A stretch of DNA of 62,997 nt, counting the filler, from Hyphochytrium catenoides (Eukaryota; Protista; Hyphochytriomycota), in NCBI GenBank assembly GCA_900088475.1. It is 11 parts of 11 records of this genome, joined end to end, with 100 filler letters (N's around TTAATTAATTAA, not from the genome) between each part and the next. Parts side by side here need not be neighbours in the genome. Positions count along the whole stretch, not along the records: positions 12,184 to 25,677 come from FLMG01004541.1; 10 more parts are not named here. One strand, written 5' to 3'. The position numbers and the translations under genes are program-made. Positions within the stretch are counted from its first letter, which is position 1; each line of letters opens with the position of its first letter. Below are positions 12,228 to 24,880 of the stretch, piece after piece. The notes below the pieces were generated by a model. The model saw nothing but the letters and a program-made list of their open reading frames with translations, made no database searches and had not been told where the DNA came from.

Positions 12228-12356
12228 AATAGAGATATCCCTGTCTAGAATAGTCAGCCCTGAAGGTATTCCGGGGTACTGACCATAAGCCATAGATATA
12301 AACAGGGACATTCGTTTGCTTCATATCTATGCCGTTATTTTCGAATATCCTTAACA
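12228..12356 (-). mobile_element. Partial solo LTR family C copy, cut by another LTR end (TCAACA at 12222-12227)
   Basis: Reverse-complement similarity to 12630-12735 and 14225-14327. Confidence 0.7.
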
Positions 12357-12585
12357 AAGTCTCTGCAGCAGACGCTTCTGATCTCTTTAACGCATACATT
12401 TGATGAAGCTTTACATTCAGAATAGAAGAGAGGCTATCACAACATAAGCATTGCTACTCGGTGAGGTGGTGGTGCAGGGGAGCTACGACGCACGACCGGG
12501 TGGAGCAGCAGCAGCAGACCACGACAGGCTCCCATATTGCACCGCCGGGGCCGATAAGGGAAGATCACCATCCAACCAATACTTT

Positions 12586-12869
12586 TGTTGAATGTTCAGC
12601 GTCGACCCTTCAAAATAGGGACCAGTAGAAGCCGAGATATGAAGCAAAGGATATGTCCCTGTTTATATCTATGGATTGTGGTCAGTACCCCAGGATACCT
12701 CCAGGACTGACTATTCTAGACAGGGATATCTCTATAACTCCATATCTTTGACTATATTAGGAATAGTTGGCATAGTCAGAATAGCTCTCGATTGTGGGAA
12801 CCCAGTTGGGCTTATAAGAGCACTCCCATCCAATGATGACATTGTCCAATCATCCCATACAATCCAGTA
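12586..12869 (+). mobile_element. Solo LTR family C (284 bp), TSD ACTTT
   Basis: TGTTG...CCAGTA; ACTTT at 12581-12585 and 12870-12874; ~245 bp highly similar to 14215-14463. Confidence 0.85.
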
Positions 12870-13260
12870 ACTTTTGCAGGACTCCCCAATGAGGTTGGAC
12901 GACCGCGCCAGAGCGCCATCGTCATCGTTGCCTTCTAGTCGGTGGCATTATGGTTAGCGACGCTGGCTTTCCTGCTGCAGCTATTCGCTCAGTGCAGGTG
13001 GGTCTCTCCTGCCACCACCATCAACAGTTCTTTCCAGCAATAAACGATGCTCCGTCTTTTAGAAGAGAGCACCGAGTGGCAGTGTGCTTTCGGCAACGAC
13101 GTTCTGGCTGATTGCAGAGTCAGACGATTCAAGGACATCCCATGTGACCGACGGTTACTCTACGTCCAGGAGTCTAGCGGATTGGGCAACTCATGCAAGA
13201 GCTAGCGGACGAGTTGGGATAGTACTGGAGAAACGATAAACTGTGTCTAAGGCGAAGAAC

Positions 13261-13427
13261 TGTTGGATCATATGGGATAATTGGACAATGTCATTAGATG
13301 AGAGTGCTCTACTAATAAGCCCAACTGGGGTCCCATAATCTAGAGCTATTCTGACTATGCCAACTATTCCGAATGGAGTCTAAGAAATGGAGTTATACAG
13401 ATATCCCTGTCTAAATAGTCAGTCTTA
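13261..13427 (-). mobile_element. Truncated solo LTR family C copy (inverted)
   Basis: Begins TGTTGGATC on +, the reverse complement of the family C end GATCCAACA; similarity stops where the copia-2 LTR begins (~13433). Confidence 0.8.
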
Positions 13428-13432
13428 GATGA

Positions 13433-15385
13433 TGTTGACTTGTGAGATACTTTGGAAATTGGAAAAGTGAGCTTAGAATGAGGTGGGGGCCGGACCAGAA
13501 GAGGCGGCCTTACTAGCACCGAGGACTTGGATGCCTCACGACCACTCATTTAGATGGTGGTCTATCGCCATACATAATACTAGCAGCTAACTGTGCTAAC
13601 TTGTAATGGCGATATCTCAGCACTAGAAAGAGTTAGAAGTTGAGATTTGGGGACAGTATAATGACCGTCATCTATACTACCGGATCCTACCCCCAATACT
13701 CCGCCGCCGTACGAACAATCTAGCGAGTACTGGAGTTCTTAGAACCACCAGGAACACCTAAGGCGACACGGAATTCACGAAAACAGGGCCAAGGAAGACC
13801 CTTGGTCAAAACATCACCCGTCATATTTTCATACGATTTGGTCAATGTCAGCTTGATACTCCCAGACTTTACCTTTTCTCGGACGACGCAGTGCTTGACA
13901 TTGATGTGCTTGGACTTGGGCCGAGCCATCCCGCAAACCGTGATTGTGCTCTTGTTATCCTGAAAGGTCTCTATTGGTCCCTTCTGACGACATCCTAGCT
14001 CCCCAAGAAGACACAGAATATGATCCACGTGCTTGCTGGTCGCCCAACAAAGAGATGCATTCCGCCTCCGTCGAAGAAGAAGCTGTGAGTTGCTGCTTCA
14101 GCGACTTCCATACGAAGGCGCCTTCACTCAAAGTGAAGTATGTTGGAGTCTGAGGGCACAGTATGTGGACTACAAGCTGGCAAGCTTAACTAGCAAAGTT
14201 TCAGCTCTAAACTCCCAGTAGAAGCCGAGATATGAAGTAAAGGATATGTCCCTGTTTATATCTATGGCCTATGGTCAGTGCCCCAGGATACCTCCAGGAC
14301 TGACTATTCTAGACAGGGATCTCTCTATAACTCCATATCTTAGACTATATTAGGAATAGTTGGCATAGTCAGAATAGCTCTAGATTATGGGACCCCAGTT
14401 GGGCTTATAAGTAGAGCACTCTCATCTAATGACATTGTCCAATCATCCCATAAAGATCCAACAAAGTAGCCCCCTGAAATGGACTTCCGATCCGAAGGGT
14501 CATTGGCCCAGTCGGCATCCGCAAACGCTTTCAGGCATGGCACACTCTTTCCCCCAAGAGTCAAACCTAGGTCCACTGTGCCCTTCAAGTACCTGAAGAT
14601 CCGCTTTACAGCCTCCCAGTGCACGACTGGCGTTGACGTGTGCTGGCTTACGGACTGTACCGCATAACCAATGTCGGGCCGGGTCGTGACCATAAGGTAC
14701 ATAAGATACCCTACGGCTTCCCGGTATGATGGTATCTGGCTCAGAAGCTCTCGAGTCTCCGGTGCACCTGGAATGTCTCGTCCCTTCGGCACGTCTGACT
14801 TCGGGGTCACTGGGAACGGACTTGGATGGCAGTCAGCCATGTTGAACCTCTCTAAAATACTAGTGATGTACTTTGGCTGCGACAGTGTTATGGTTCTTGC
14901 TGTCCTGTCATGATGTACCTGATCCCGAGGAAATAGTTGAGTTCCCGAGATCCTTGACCTCGAACCTAATCGAGAGGATCTTCTTCATGCCATTAACAAG
15001 ATCTCGACTCTTCTCCTATCAAAAGTAAGTCCTCGACAGACAGAGTGATGATCTCTTGCAGCTTGGAGCCAGTCTCAGTGCGGTGTCGGAAATACACACA
15101 AGGTTCACAGATGCTAGGGCGCAATCTGTGCTTCTTCGGATACCCGTCAATCACCTTGTTGCACTGCCGTGGACTCTGCTTCAGTCCGTATATGCTTCTC
15201 TTCAGCTTGCAGACATGATCTTGAGAATCAGCACGAGCAAATCCAGGAGGCTGTTTCATCTACACAGTTTCTTCCAGCTCGCCGTGCAAGAAAGCTGCAG
15301 TCTTGATATCTATATGATGAATCTCCATGTCAAATGATGATGCCGCCAATGACAGATGCACCGAATGGATTCATATCCGATTACG
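13433..15385 (-). mobile_element. Second Ty1/copia fragment (RT-RNaseH pseudogene plus probable 266-bp 3' LTR at 13433-13698)
   Basis: MKQPPGF..CKLKRSIYGLKQSPRQ (14993-15259); YREAVGYLMYLMVTTRPDI..AFADADWA..RKSISG (14464-14840); WKSLKQ..SSTEAE and QDNKS..KHINVKH (13720-14130); purine-rich tract then TATTGG..TCAACA LTR on the minus strand. Confidence 0.9.
14141..14463 (+). mobile_element. Solo LTR family C (323 bp) inserted in the copia-2 RNaseH, TSD AAGTA
   Basis: TGTTGG...CCAACA termini; AAGTA at 14136-14140 and 14464-14468; removing it restores ..ISGGYFTLSEGAFVWKS. Confidence 0.93.
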
Positions 15386-17151
15386 CCCCTACCGGAAGTT
15401 TGGAGCTATAACTTGTATAGCTGGTCTTGTCGACGGAACCCCATAGGCATGGACCCAAATCCTCTCAACAGACACAGCTCGTCTTCCTCTGGTACTATAT
15501 TTACTACTATAACAAGGTATGGAATGTGAACAGGAAATCTGGTAGATTACTTAAGTGGACTATAGTGGGGATCTTTTTACAGAGCGTCTAAGTCCTGTTT
15601 AATATATAGAGTCTTGGTGGTGTCATCCATTGTTAAATCGTGTGGGCCTCAGGTCTTTGATTGAGTTAGGGAACAGGACCCTTTGGAGCTGCTTTACTGT
15701 TGAATTGAAACAAAGATACGCCAGTACTACTACCGAGAAAGCTACCGTAACAAGATTGACTGTTTTCCTTCCTTGTCAACATAAATGTACTGGTGGCTTC
15801 CTCCTACATACCTTCATTATCATAGCCGATAGGAAGCATTCATAACTACTAGAGGAGACTATATTCTGACGCACCTCTTTGACATTTGGACTACTCGAAC
15901 TAGAATTGTTGTACTTGTGCACTTCACGAAGAAGAGAGTAGTGAAAGCACTTGCCATCCACCCCCGGCGCCGCGCTCATATTATGCTTTTCATCTTTCCC
16001 GCGATAGTCTCCAATACCCTTATGAGTCTTTGTTGGGAAGATTACCAGTAGCTGGCTACCTTGTCCTACAATGTTGTCGCATCCTGGAGGAGAGATAATA
16101 ATGAACCTACGGCGGTATTACGTCCAAACATATGTTTGTCACGACTGCTGGATGTCCGGCTTGGCCAACTGACCTGAGAGCCGCTGTTATATGTATATCT
16201 CCTCTGACGGCTGCTAACCACCTGATTGCACACTGGACACAGATGGACCGGTGTATGGGAGGTAGCCTCTTCTCTTTGGGAGTACTCTCAGGACGGGTAG
16301 TCCCGACTAGATTGCAACGGATGGCTCTGACGAACGATGCTCTCTTCCTTTTCCCCTTCTTCTCTCTTTCTCTTTGCATTTTATTAGATAGCCTGTTGAC
16401 TTTACTTCTCTTGCATGTTACTCTTTTATCTTTGCATTTCTCAGGTAGACTGACTCTCTCGCAAGGGGAGATTCCCTCTTACCCTCTATATCTCAGTTAA
16501 TAAACTCCTTTTTTTTGAAGTAGAAGACCCTTTGCTACTTAGGCGTGTTCCCGCGAAGTCTTCCTCTGCGTGGTGCTTGTTGTCTGAACTGGGCCTGGCC
16601 AGCCAAGGTACAGACAGAGCACCTTCTCTCTCTCTCTCACTCTCTCTCGAGCTGCATCAGTCTCTCATATTACAGCCGCGGTAATAGAAGTAGTAGTGAA
16701 GTAGTTGAGCTAACGTGGACGCACCTGCATTACGTATTTGGCTCCTCCTTCCTTCGCCTCGACATTCACGTCGAGAGTAATAGTGGACTGAAGTAGTACT
16801 TGTTGAGTAGCGGTAGCAAGGGCTATCGGGAGGTGCTACTCTATTAGGAGCAGGAGGAGAGATACCGTCGCTAGTAAAGAGGAGAATAACTAGTGCTAAG
16901 CCGTTCCGCCAAACCATCAGGACAGGCAAAACAGCTATTTTGTGGCTTTCCCGCGGGGAATTCCCTGCGTCCTTACGGGTCGTCGTCAACCCTCTCTCCA
17001 GTTCCTCTCCGCATCCATCGTTATTCCTTTCCGTGGTGGGTCCTTCCCTGTATCTGTCCTTATGCTAAGAGAGAGTTTTTGTCTCCACTCCTTGCAGGGA
17101 GCTGGCAGGAGCACAAAGAAGGGAGGTCCATTCTTGTCGTGACATGAAGAG

Positions 17152-17260
17152 AATAAATAACACTAGTTACTGGGCGTTTTGTGCTCTCCGCTTGCCTCCT
17201 AATAATAAGATAATAAATAGCATTAGCTACGGGGCGTTGTGCGCTCCCCGCTTGGCTCCT
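17152..17260. repeat. Two-copy direct repeat, 60-bp period
   Basis: aataaataacactagttactgggcgttttgtgctctccgcttgcctcct versus aataaatagcattagctacggggcgttgtgcgctccccgcttggctcct. Confidence 0.7.
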
Positions 17261-17544
17261 CCCTGCTTGCCTCCTTCTCTAACTCCCTCCTGTCCTCATC
17301 TACGCAGAGCCCTGTCAAACCCTCTCTCCACAGCTCCTCATCTCATCTTCCTGGTCTTCATCTTCACTTGCTCCACTGGATGGTAAGTACAGCATAACCA
17401 GCACGTCCACGTCCACTCTATCTCCTCCGCACCACGCTCTTCCCCCATGTCATCGCTCTTTCCGCGCAGGTGAGTGCGTGCTCCTGGCTTCTTCTTCCTC
17501 TTCTCTTCCTTCACTTCTTCCGTCCTCCCGGCCATAGTGAAGCC

Positions 17545-19433
17545 TCACGTGCTTCCATCATCCCCCCGCGGGCCTGTGACATAGGAAGGAATTTGCCTGG
17601 CAAAATTTGCTCGCTCTTCGATGGCCAGCGCTATCCGCAAAACTCTTTCCTCTCCTAGAGGTGGGCCGACCACCTGAACTGCGAGAGGTAGAGAGAAGAC
17701 ACTGTTACCCTCCCTCTCACGTCCATTGCCACTTCTTTCCCTTTCCTGTACCCTGGCAGAGGGAAAAGGCGTGACTCCGGTGGGGAGAGAGAGAGCGGGG
17801 AGCCCTGCCAAAGACGGTGGGATTGTCATAATGTCGTTTCCATACATCTCGACAGGAGAGGTTCCCCGGGATGAGAGAGGAAAGGGTCCCGAAGGAGCAG
17901 TGGGAGTGAGCAGCACATCCACCTACGGGAGAAACGTGAGAGAGGAATGAGGGCCGTTTTAATGGATCATCAGCAGGAGGAGAAACAGGCATTTTTGAAG
18001 AAGGTAGGAGAGCGGCACGAGCCTCGGGCAATGGGCTCGGATGGCCTTGCTAGGAACGGCAGAGATAACAGGTAAAGGAGGAGAGAGAGACGTACTCCTG
18101 CTTGGAAGACCCTATCAAAGTCTCTCCTGATGGCCTCTCTCGTCGCCAGCGCCCGTTCATAGTAATCCGAGTAAGCGCCTTCAGACAGGACGAAGCAGCC
18201 GCTCAGAATGCGCCGCTGTTTATGCCAAGGGACAGAACGGGTGTGAGTTTATAGAGATTGATATATAGATAGAGAAGCATTTGGTTAATTTAAACTGAAA
18301 GGGAGAGATGAAAGTGATTTTGTCAGGATGGACACGTGCAGTTGGCTGTGAGAGGGTTGAAAACAAAGACGTGAATACAGCTCTCAAAGGGTGACACCTA
18401 GAGGGATATAGAGGGAGATATGAGAGAAAGAACGAGCGGCTCGATGTTGTCAGAGAGATTCGAAGGAAAAGGAAGGCTAAGTAATAAACAAATGCTGAAG
18501 CGAAAGTGGGCGGAGGAGGAGAAAGGCACCGAGGTGAAAAGGAAAAGAGCCACACAGGAGAGAGAAGATGCGTAGACTGTATGGCAGCCATCACCTTCAC
18601 CTCCAACCCGAAGTTCTCTGAGCGGGTCCGGGATATCATTTGGTGCAGAGCCGCAGCGCCTTCCAAGGATGCCTCAGAGAGATCTAATGAAGATCTGAAG
18701 GGAGAGAGAGACACAGTGAGAACAAGAGAAGGAACGGAGCGGGGCGTCCGAGGAGAAGGATATGGTTGGGAAGGGTGACCGACGGGAAATATGGCGGCGA
18801 ATAAAATCAGTTGAAGGAAGAGATAAACGTCAAGAACTTTTAAGATGAAGGCAAGGGAAGGCCAGGACCTACGCAGATAGTGCAGAAGCATAATCACTCC
18901 TCCCGTGACGAACACATCGGAAGGCAAGCAGGAGAGACATTAACAGACGTTGACAGAGACCCCAGTCAGAGATAGTAGGACGCCCTCAAATCAAGAAAGC
19001 TATCCAGCAGAAGTAACAGTGAAGAAGGGAGAGACAGAGAGAGAGTGGGAGAGAGAGAGAGAAGGAATGCGCACCTGGCACCATATCGCACTCCATCGTA
19101 TCTTGAGAGGTTTGAAGAGGCCTCGGCGGAGGCGATGACGTAGTAAGCAGGCAACGAAAGAGGGACAGACGGTAGAGAGACAGAGACGACGTTGGCCCCT
19201 AGGACAATGAAGAAAGTATGGTAAGCTCAGAAGCAGCGAGAACAAGCGAGACTGAGCGGAAGAGAAATGAATCACCTGCATCTATAAGCCAGCGCACAGC
19301 CTGCGTCCAAGAGTCCAGAATCTCCTTCGGCAGTTCTTTTACTCGGAACTCCGCGGGGATGCCAACCGTCAGCCCCGAGAGAGAGGAGTGCTGAGCCTCC
19401 AGCGATTGCAAATACTGTGCCATGGCATCAAAA

Positions 19434-19472
<39 letters not shown>

Positions 19473-21708
19473 AGAGAAAGAATGGTTAAAGGAGAAAGAG
19501 AAAACTGTGGCAGGGAGGACGCGGGAGAGAGAGGCGACGGAGGCGACAGAGAAATGGTCAAAAGATCTGCGAGAGAACGAGTAGCATGCTGTGCTGGCGC
19601 CTGCATGACTCTGGACCGGCAAATAAAGATGAAATTGAGAGACACCAGCAAAAAGAAAGGAAGGATAAATGAGCGGATGCTTGAGTCTGACATTGAAGTC
19701 TGGCCGCTCTCTCTCGGGGATGCAGGTAGAATCCTTCGAGTCCGTGCCCGCGACGCAGTCCAGCACAGCGGCGCTGTCACTGATGGGGAAAACCGGTGAG
19801 AGAGACATAGACGGAAAACCGAGATAGACCGATGGAGACGATGGAGAGAGGGAGACAAAGACAGAGAGAGCGAGACAGAGAGAGAGAGAACAGGAGGATT
19901 CGGACATACCGGACTGTGCGTGTGATAATGCCGACAGTGTCCAGGGAGGAAGCGTAAGAGACGAGGCCCCAGCGGGAGATCAGTCCGTAGGTTGGCTTCA
20001 AGCCCACAACGCCGCAGTAGGCAGCCGGCTGAGGGACGGAGAGAGGAGGAGAGAGCAAAAAGGGAGAGAGAGGCCGTGTTCGACAGATATGCCAGAGGCG
20101 CGGAGCAAAGGAGAATGGGGAAGAGAGCGCAGGGGCAAGGAAGAATGGGTAAGTAAGGGAGAAGGAGTCCGCCACAATCAGACCGTTACAGGGTCTAGAG
20201 AGTGGCTTAGCTGGGGTCTGAAGAGAGAGAGAGAGAGAGTTTAAGGAAGAAGAAAAAGGAGCCGGGACCGACCAGACGAATAGAAACTACATCCTTCTTA
20301 CTCTCCCACTTTCTTTCTTTCTCTCCTCTTCCCTCCTCTTCACCTGTCTGACGGAGCCCCCGGTGTCGGATCCTAGCGCCGCGAAGCAGCAGTGGCTGGC
20401 TACAGCTGCAGCGCTCCCTCCAGAGCTCCCTCCCGCCACANNNNNNNNNNNNNNNNNNNNNNNNNNNNNNNNNNNNNNNNNNCTTTATCTCTCTCTCCTT
20501 CTCTCCCCAGCTGCGGCGGCGACCAGGGATTGACAGTGGGCCCGTAGTGGGAGAAAAGAGTGGCGGATCCCATGCCAAACTCGTCCATGTTGAGCTTCCC
20601 AAGCGGCACGGCGCCCGCCTCCCAGAGACGAGAAGTGGCCGTGGACTCATACGGAGGAACAAAGTCTGCAAGAGGAAAGAGAGGGATAGAGAAAGAAGAA
20701 GGAAGAGAAGAGAGAAAAGAGAGCGTGAGAGGAGAGAGAGAAAAAGAAAGAGATTACATTCTTGGTGGCGGCGTACAAGGAGGTAGAAAAAGTGGTGGAA
20801 AAGACACCGCGATCGAGGAAGCCGTCGGTCGGAGAGAGAGAGAGACACTGAGAGAGAGAATTTAATCGGACAAACGGTACGAGGGCAGCCCTGCAGCAAT
20901 GAGTGGAGGGCGGCGGCAGCTTAGAGAAAAAGAGAGCGAGAGAGAGATTTGAGGAAGAACTCTGTACTTTCTAGGATCTTCGAGGCGCAGGTGGTCCGGA
21001 TGTCCTTCGTGCAGAAGTTATCCTTCACAGCGATGGGGATGCCGAGAAGAGGAGAGACTGTTTCTTTCTCTCTTTCTTTCTCTTCTCTCGTCCGATCCGC
21101 CTCCTGGGCCGCCCTCAGTGCCGCCTCCTCGCTGCGAGTGATGAAGAAGTTGAGCTCCGAGGTCTCCTCGATCTGCAGAGAAAAAAAAGAGATAGAGAGG
21201 TTGGGGAGTTAACATAGAGAGCGAGAGGGAGAGACCACCACATGCAGGAAGAAAGACATGAGAAAGAGGAAGAGAAAGGAGGGAGAGTGACGAGAGATGC
21301 TCCAGAAGAGACAGTGATGTCAGCGGCGCTAACAATAAATATTTGTGTGTGTGTGTCTGAAGAGAGAGAGAGAGAGCAAAAAAAGGAGAGCGAAAAAGAC
21401 CCACGTCGTCGGGAGAGACTAGGGTGAGGTGGGAGAAACTAGGGAGATGATAACGGAGAGGATTAGTTGTCTCTCTTTACCCTCCGCCTCGCCTGGCTCA
21501 GAAGGTCCACAGAGGAGAGAGAGCCGGACTTCAGCTGCTCCGCCACCTCCAGAAGAGAGAGAGGGCGACCCGTTTGGACAGAAGAGCTTTCTCTCCTCCG
21601 TTCTCCTCCTGCTCTCAGCAGCCTCTCTCTCTTTCCTGGTCTGCGAATGAGACCACAGCTGAAGAAGGTTCCGCGCCTGGCTGCCAGCCGCTGCGAGAAG
21701 AAGCGCAT
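17545..21708 (-). CDS. gatA: Glutamyl-tRNA(Gln) amidotransferase subunit A, organellar (GatA/QRSL1), ~10 exons
   Basis: Approximate exons 21708-21481 (Arg-rich transit-like [12 protein letters not shown]), 21172-20968 ([10 protein letters not shown]), 20665-20344 ([34 protein letters not shown]), 20028-19910 ([15 protein letters not shown]), 19779-19691, 19395-19277, 19203-19074 ([16 protein letters not shown]), 18696-18595, 18216-18096 (RRILSG), 17922-17545 ([22 protein letters not shown]). GT-AG junctions. Confidence 0.95.
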
Positions 21709-22085
21709 GATTCTCTCTCTCTCTCTCTCTCCCTCTCTCTCTCTCGCTCTCTCACTCACTCTCTCTCGTACTTTAAGGACCTCTATCTCCCTTCTCTTCC
21801 TCACCCTCTCCGCATCCTGTTGCTGACTTTCTTTTCTCTTTTTCACTCTCTCATTCTGCTTGGGACGGCTGTCTCTCCTGTCTCCTCTCTCCTCCTACGG
21901 GCACCGCAGGAATTATGTCTTCTTCCTTCAAGCCCGAAGCCAAGCTACTCCGTAGAAGATTAGAGCCCAGTCATAGATCCAGCAAGCAAAGGAAAGAGCT
22001 CAAGGATTGACTTCTCAAGCGAAGAGGAGAGAAAGAGGCCAGGTGATAGGTGATAGGGAGCAGAGGGCGAGAGCGAGATAGAGAC

Positions 22086-22127
<42 letters not shown>

Positions 22128-22241
22128 AAGAGACAGAGAGAGAGAGAGTGGAACATGGCTCTCAAGCCATTCCTTTAGTATCTCAAGGGCAGAACTATCC
22201 AGCCGCTAACGCCTGTCAAGCTGAAGCGGTGTGTCTGTAGG

Positions 22242-22294
<53 letters not shown>

Positions 22295-22679
22295 CTCTTC
22301 TTTCGAAGTGTCTCTCTCTTCCTCCTCTCTCGCTCCGCCTTTGTTTGCTCTTCCTTACTTCCGCCTCTCTTCGTCTTCCCTCTCATTCTCTCTTCCTCCT
22401 CTGAGCCCCACCTCCCGCGCTCTCTTCTTCCTCGTCCATCATAAGCGTCCGCTGGCCTTCCCTAATGTTCTGAATGTGAGATCTTTCCTTCCCCGTCTCC
22501 TTCCTGGCTTCTCTCCCTCTGTGGGGCCCTAGTCATTCTCTCCCTTTCGGTCGAGAGGCCGTCAGACATAAGCACCCAGAGAGAGAAAGAGAGAGAAAGA
22601 GAGAAAGGGAGCGAGCGGAGAGAGAGAGAGAGAGAGAGAGAGAGCGAAAGAGAGAGATAAAGAGAGAGAGGGAGAGGAC

Positions 22680-23230
22680 ATGACCTCTCTGCTCCGTGTG
22701 GGGCAGGTGGTGGAGAGGGAGATCGATGGTCGTTGGTTCCCGGCGCAGATCTCTGCGGTGAGAGAGAGTGGCCGGAGCTTCGACCTGATCTACTTCGAGG
22801 ACGGGAACACAGAGGAGAACGTCGATAAAGAGGAAATCAGGTAAAGGACGGAGAGAGAGAAGAGAGAGAGAGAGAGATAAAGAGACAGAGAGGGGCAGAG
22901 GAAGACAGAAAGAGGAAGAGAGAGGGAGAAAGAGACTCAAAAGAGAGACAGAGACAGATGACGGAGAGAGAGACAGAGGCAGAGATAAGAGAGAGCAGGA
23001 GAAAGCAGGAGCGGAAACTGCCTTGAAGGAGAATGAAGACTGTCCAGGAGAGAGAGACGAACAGAAAGAGAGGGCAGGAAGACAGAGAGCGAGGAGGGAA
23101 TCGTCTTAGAATACATTCACTTATACTTCTACCGCCACCATCTCCTCTGTCTCTCTCTCTTCATTGTTCTTCCTCTTTTCCCCTCCCTCTTTCTTCGCTC
23201 GGTATCTTTCTTCTGCTGCCTCTCCTGGTG

Positions 23231-23266
<36 letters not shown>

Positions 23267-23762
23267 GGTTGCGGTTGCAGGGCAGTGAGGGTCTGGGAAG
23301 CATTGAAGCGGCGATTGAGGCGAAGACGGCGAGGCAGCAGCAGCAGCGGGAGGAGGAGGAGAGAGAGGAGGGAGAGAGAGGCACGGGAAGGAGAGGATCC
23401 GCCTCCTCTCCTAAAGTTATCTTTCACGGGGGAAAGCGCTCTGAAGGCGAAGGTATATCTCTTCTCTCTCCTAACTCTGTCTCCTCTCTCTCTCGTCTCT
23501 TCCTGCCGCCATACTCTCCCTGAGGGCGCCCCTCCCCGTCTCCCGTTCTCTGAGGTCTTCGTCTCTATCTCATTTGACCCCTCTCTCCTTTCCTCTCTGC
23601 TATATGCCTCCTCTCTCTCTTTCTGTCCCTCTCTCTCTACCTGTATTCCCTCTCTCTGTCCCTCTCTCACACTCTCTCTGTCCCTCTCTTCTCCTCTCTC
23701 TCTTTCTCTCACCCCTTGTGTCTCTTCTGTTTCTCTCTCTCTCTTCTCTCTCTCTTCTCTCT

Positions 23763-23806
<44 letters not shown>

Positions 23807-23989
23807 TCTCTCTCTCTCTTCTCTCTCTCTCTGTTCTCTCTCTCTCTTCTCTCTCTCTTTTTCTCTCTCTCTTGTGTTTCTTTTGCGGTAGTATCCGCAT
23901 ACGTGATCAATGGGTTAGAGACAAACATCGCCACTGGGACCGGGCTCCGAGGAATCAGATGGCTCAGATCCAACGGAGAAGCGTTTTAA
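22680..23989 (+). CDS. Small 3-exon protein (147 aa) with N-terminal Tudor-like domain
   Basis: Exons 22680-22840, 23268-23452 and 23892-23989 join in frame (444 nt) with GT-AG introns: MTSLLRVGQVVEREIDGRWFPAQISAVRESGRSFDLIYFEDGNTEENVDKEEIR..VSAYVINGLETNIATGTGLRGIRWLRSNGEAF*. The G.W.PA.I..V....F...Y.D.GN.E.V pattern is Tudor-like. Confidence 0.8.
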
Positions 23990-24180
23990 AGACAAAGGAG
24001 CAAGCGAGGACAGCAGCAAAGAGAGAAAGAGAGAGAAAGAGAGAAGAAAGGAATCTGACGAAGCTTCTGAGAGGACACCAACTCGAAGCAAGAGAAATGA
24101 GAGCTCGTCATTTATTTATTCAACTAACTAGACGTAAGTAGTCAATCACAGAACAACGAGAAGAGGAGAAAAAGAGACAG

Positions 24181-24217
<37 letters not shown>

Positions 24218-24832
24218 TCAGGTTTATATAGAAAGGCTAAGAAAAAGTAAGAGTCTGACACAAGACGGAGGAGCCGTCGTGGATCCTCTTTCTCCTTCAG
24301 CTGTTGACTCCTCCTGTCATACAGCTCTGGAGAGGGAGAGAGCGACGAGGAGAGACCAGGGAGAGTGTAGAGAGAGAGGGAGGGTGAGAGAGAGAGACAC
24401 ATACAAAGAGAGGGAGAGCGGGGGCGCGCGAGAGACAGAGGGAGAGAGAGACAAAGAGAGAGACAGAGAGTGAAGTTCAGACAGAGGAGAGAGAGGAAGA
24501 ACGACCAGGGCCAGACAGAGAAAAGGTAGACGGTACTGATAACTACAAACGGGACCTAGGAGATTACTCCCCTGCAGGGTGTGACGCATCTCCGCCTAAG
24601 GTATAATATGGGATTACGGAGTCACGTCACGCGGGCGTTACAGGTTACACTTGCCCATCATGATCGCCCTGTCACTCGATAGTAAGATCTCTTCTTTATT
24701 CTCTCTCTTTCTCTCCCCCTCTCCCGGCCGCGCCTCTCTCTCCCTCTCTCTCCTCTCCCTCCCGCTCCTCCCTCTCCCTCTCTATTTCGCTCTCTGTCTC
24801 TGACTCTCATCTTCTTCCTCTCTCATTCTCTC

Positions 24833-24880
<48 letters not shown>

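Noticed and set aside
14217-14463. Non-canonical AG..CA LTR termini for family C
   Set aside because: The true boundary is TGTTGG at 14141, shown by the AAGTA TSD and the restored RNaseH frame.
17545-21708. Alternative genetic code or non-canonical splicing
   Set aside because: The conserved exons examined have no in-frame stops, and the junctions checked are GT-AG.
23033-24141. Long ORFs rich in SLSL/RERE (also 19199-19858, 54055-54684, 61196-62408)
   Set aside because: Stop-free translations of CT/GA microsatellites; only the embedded exons are real.
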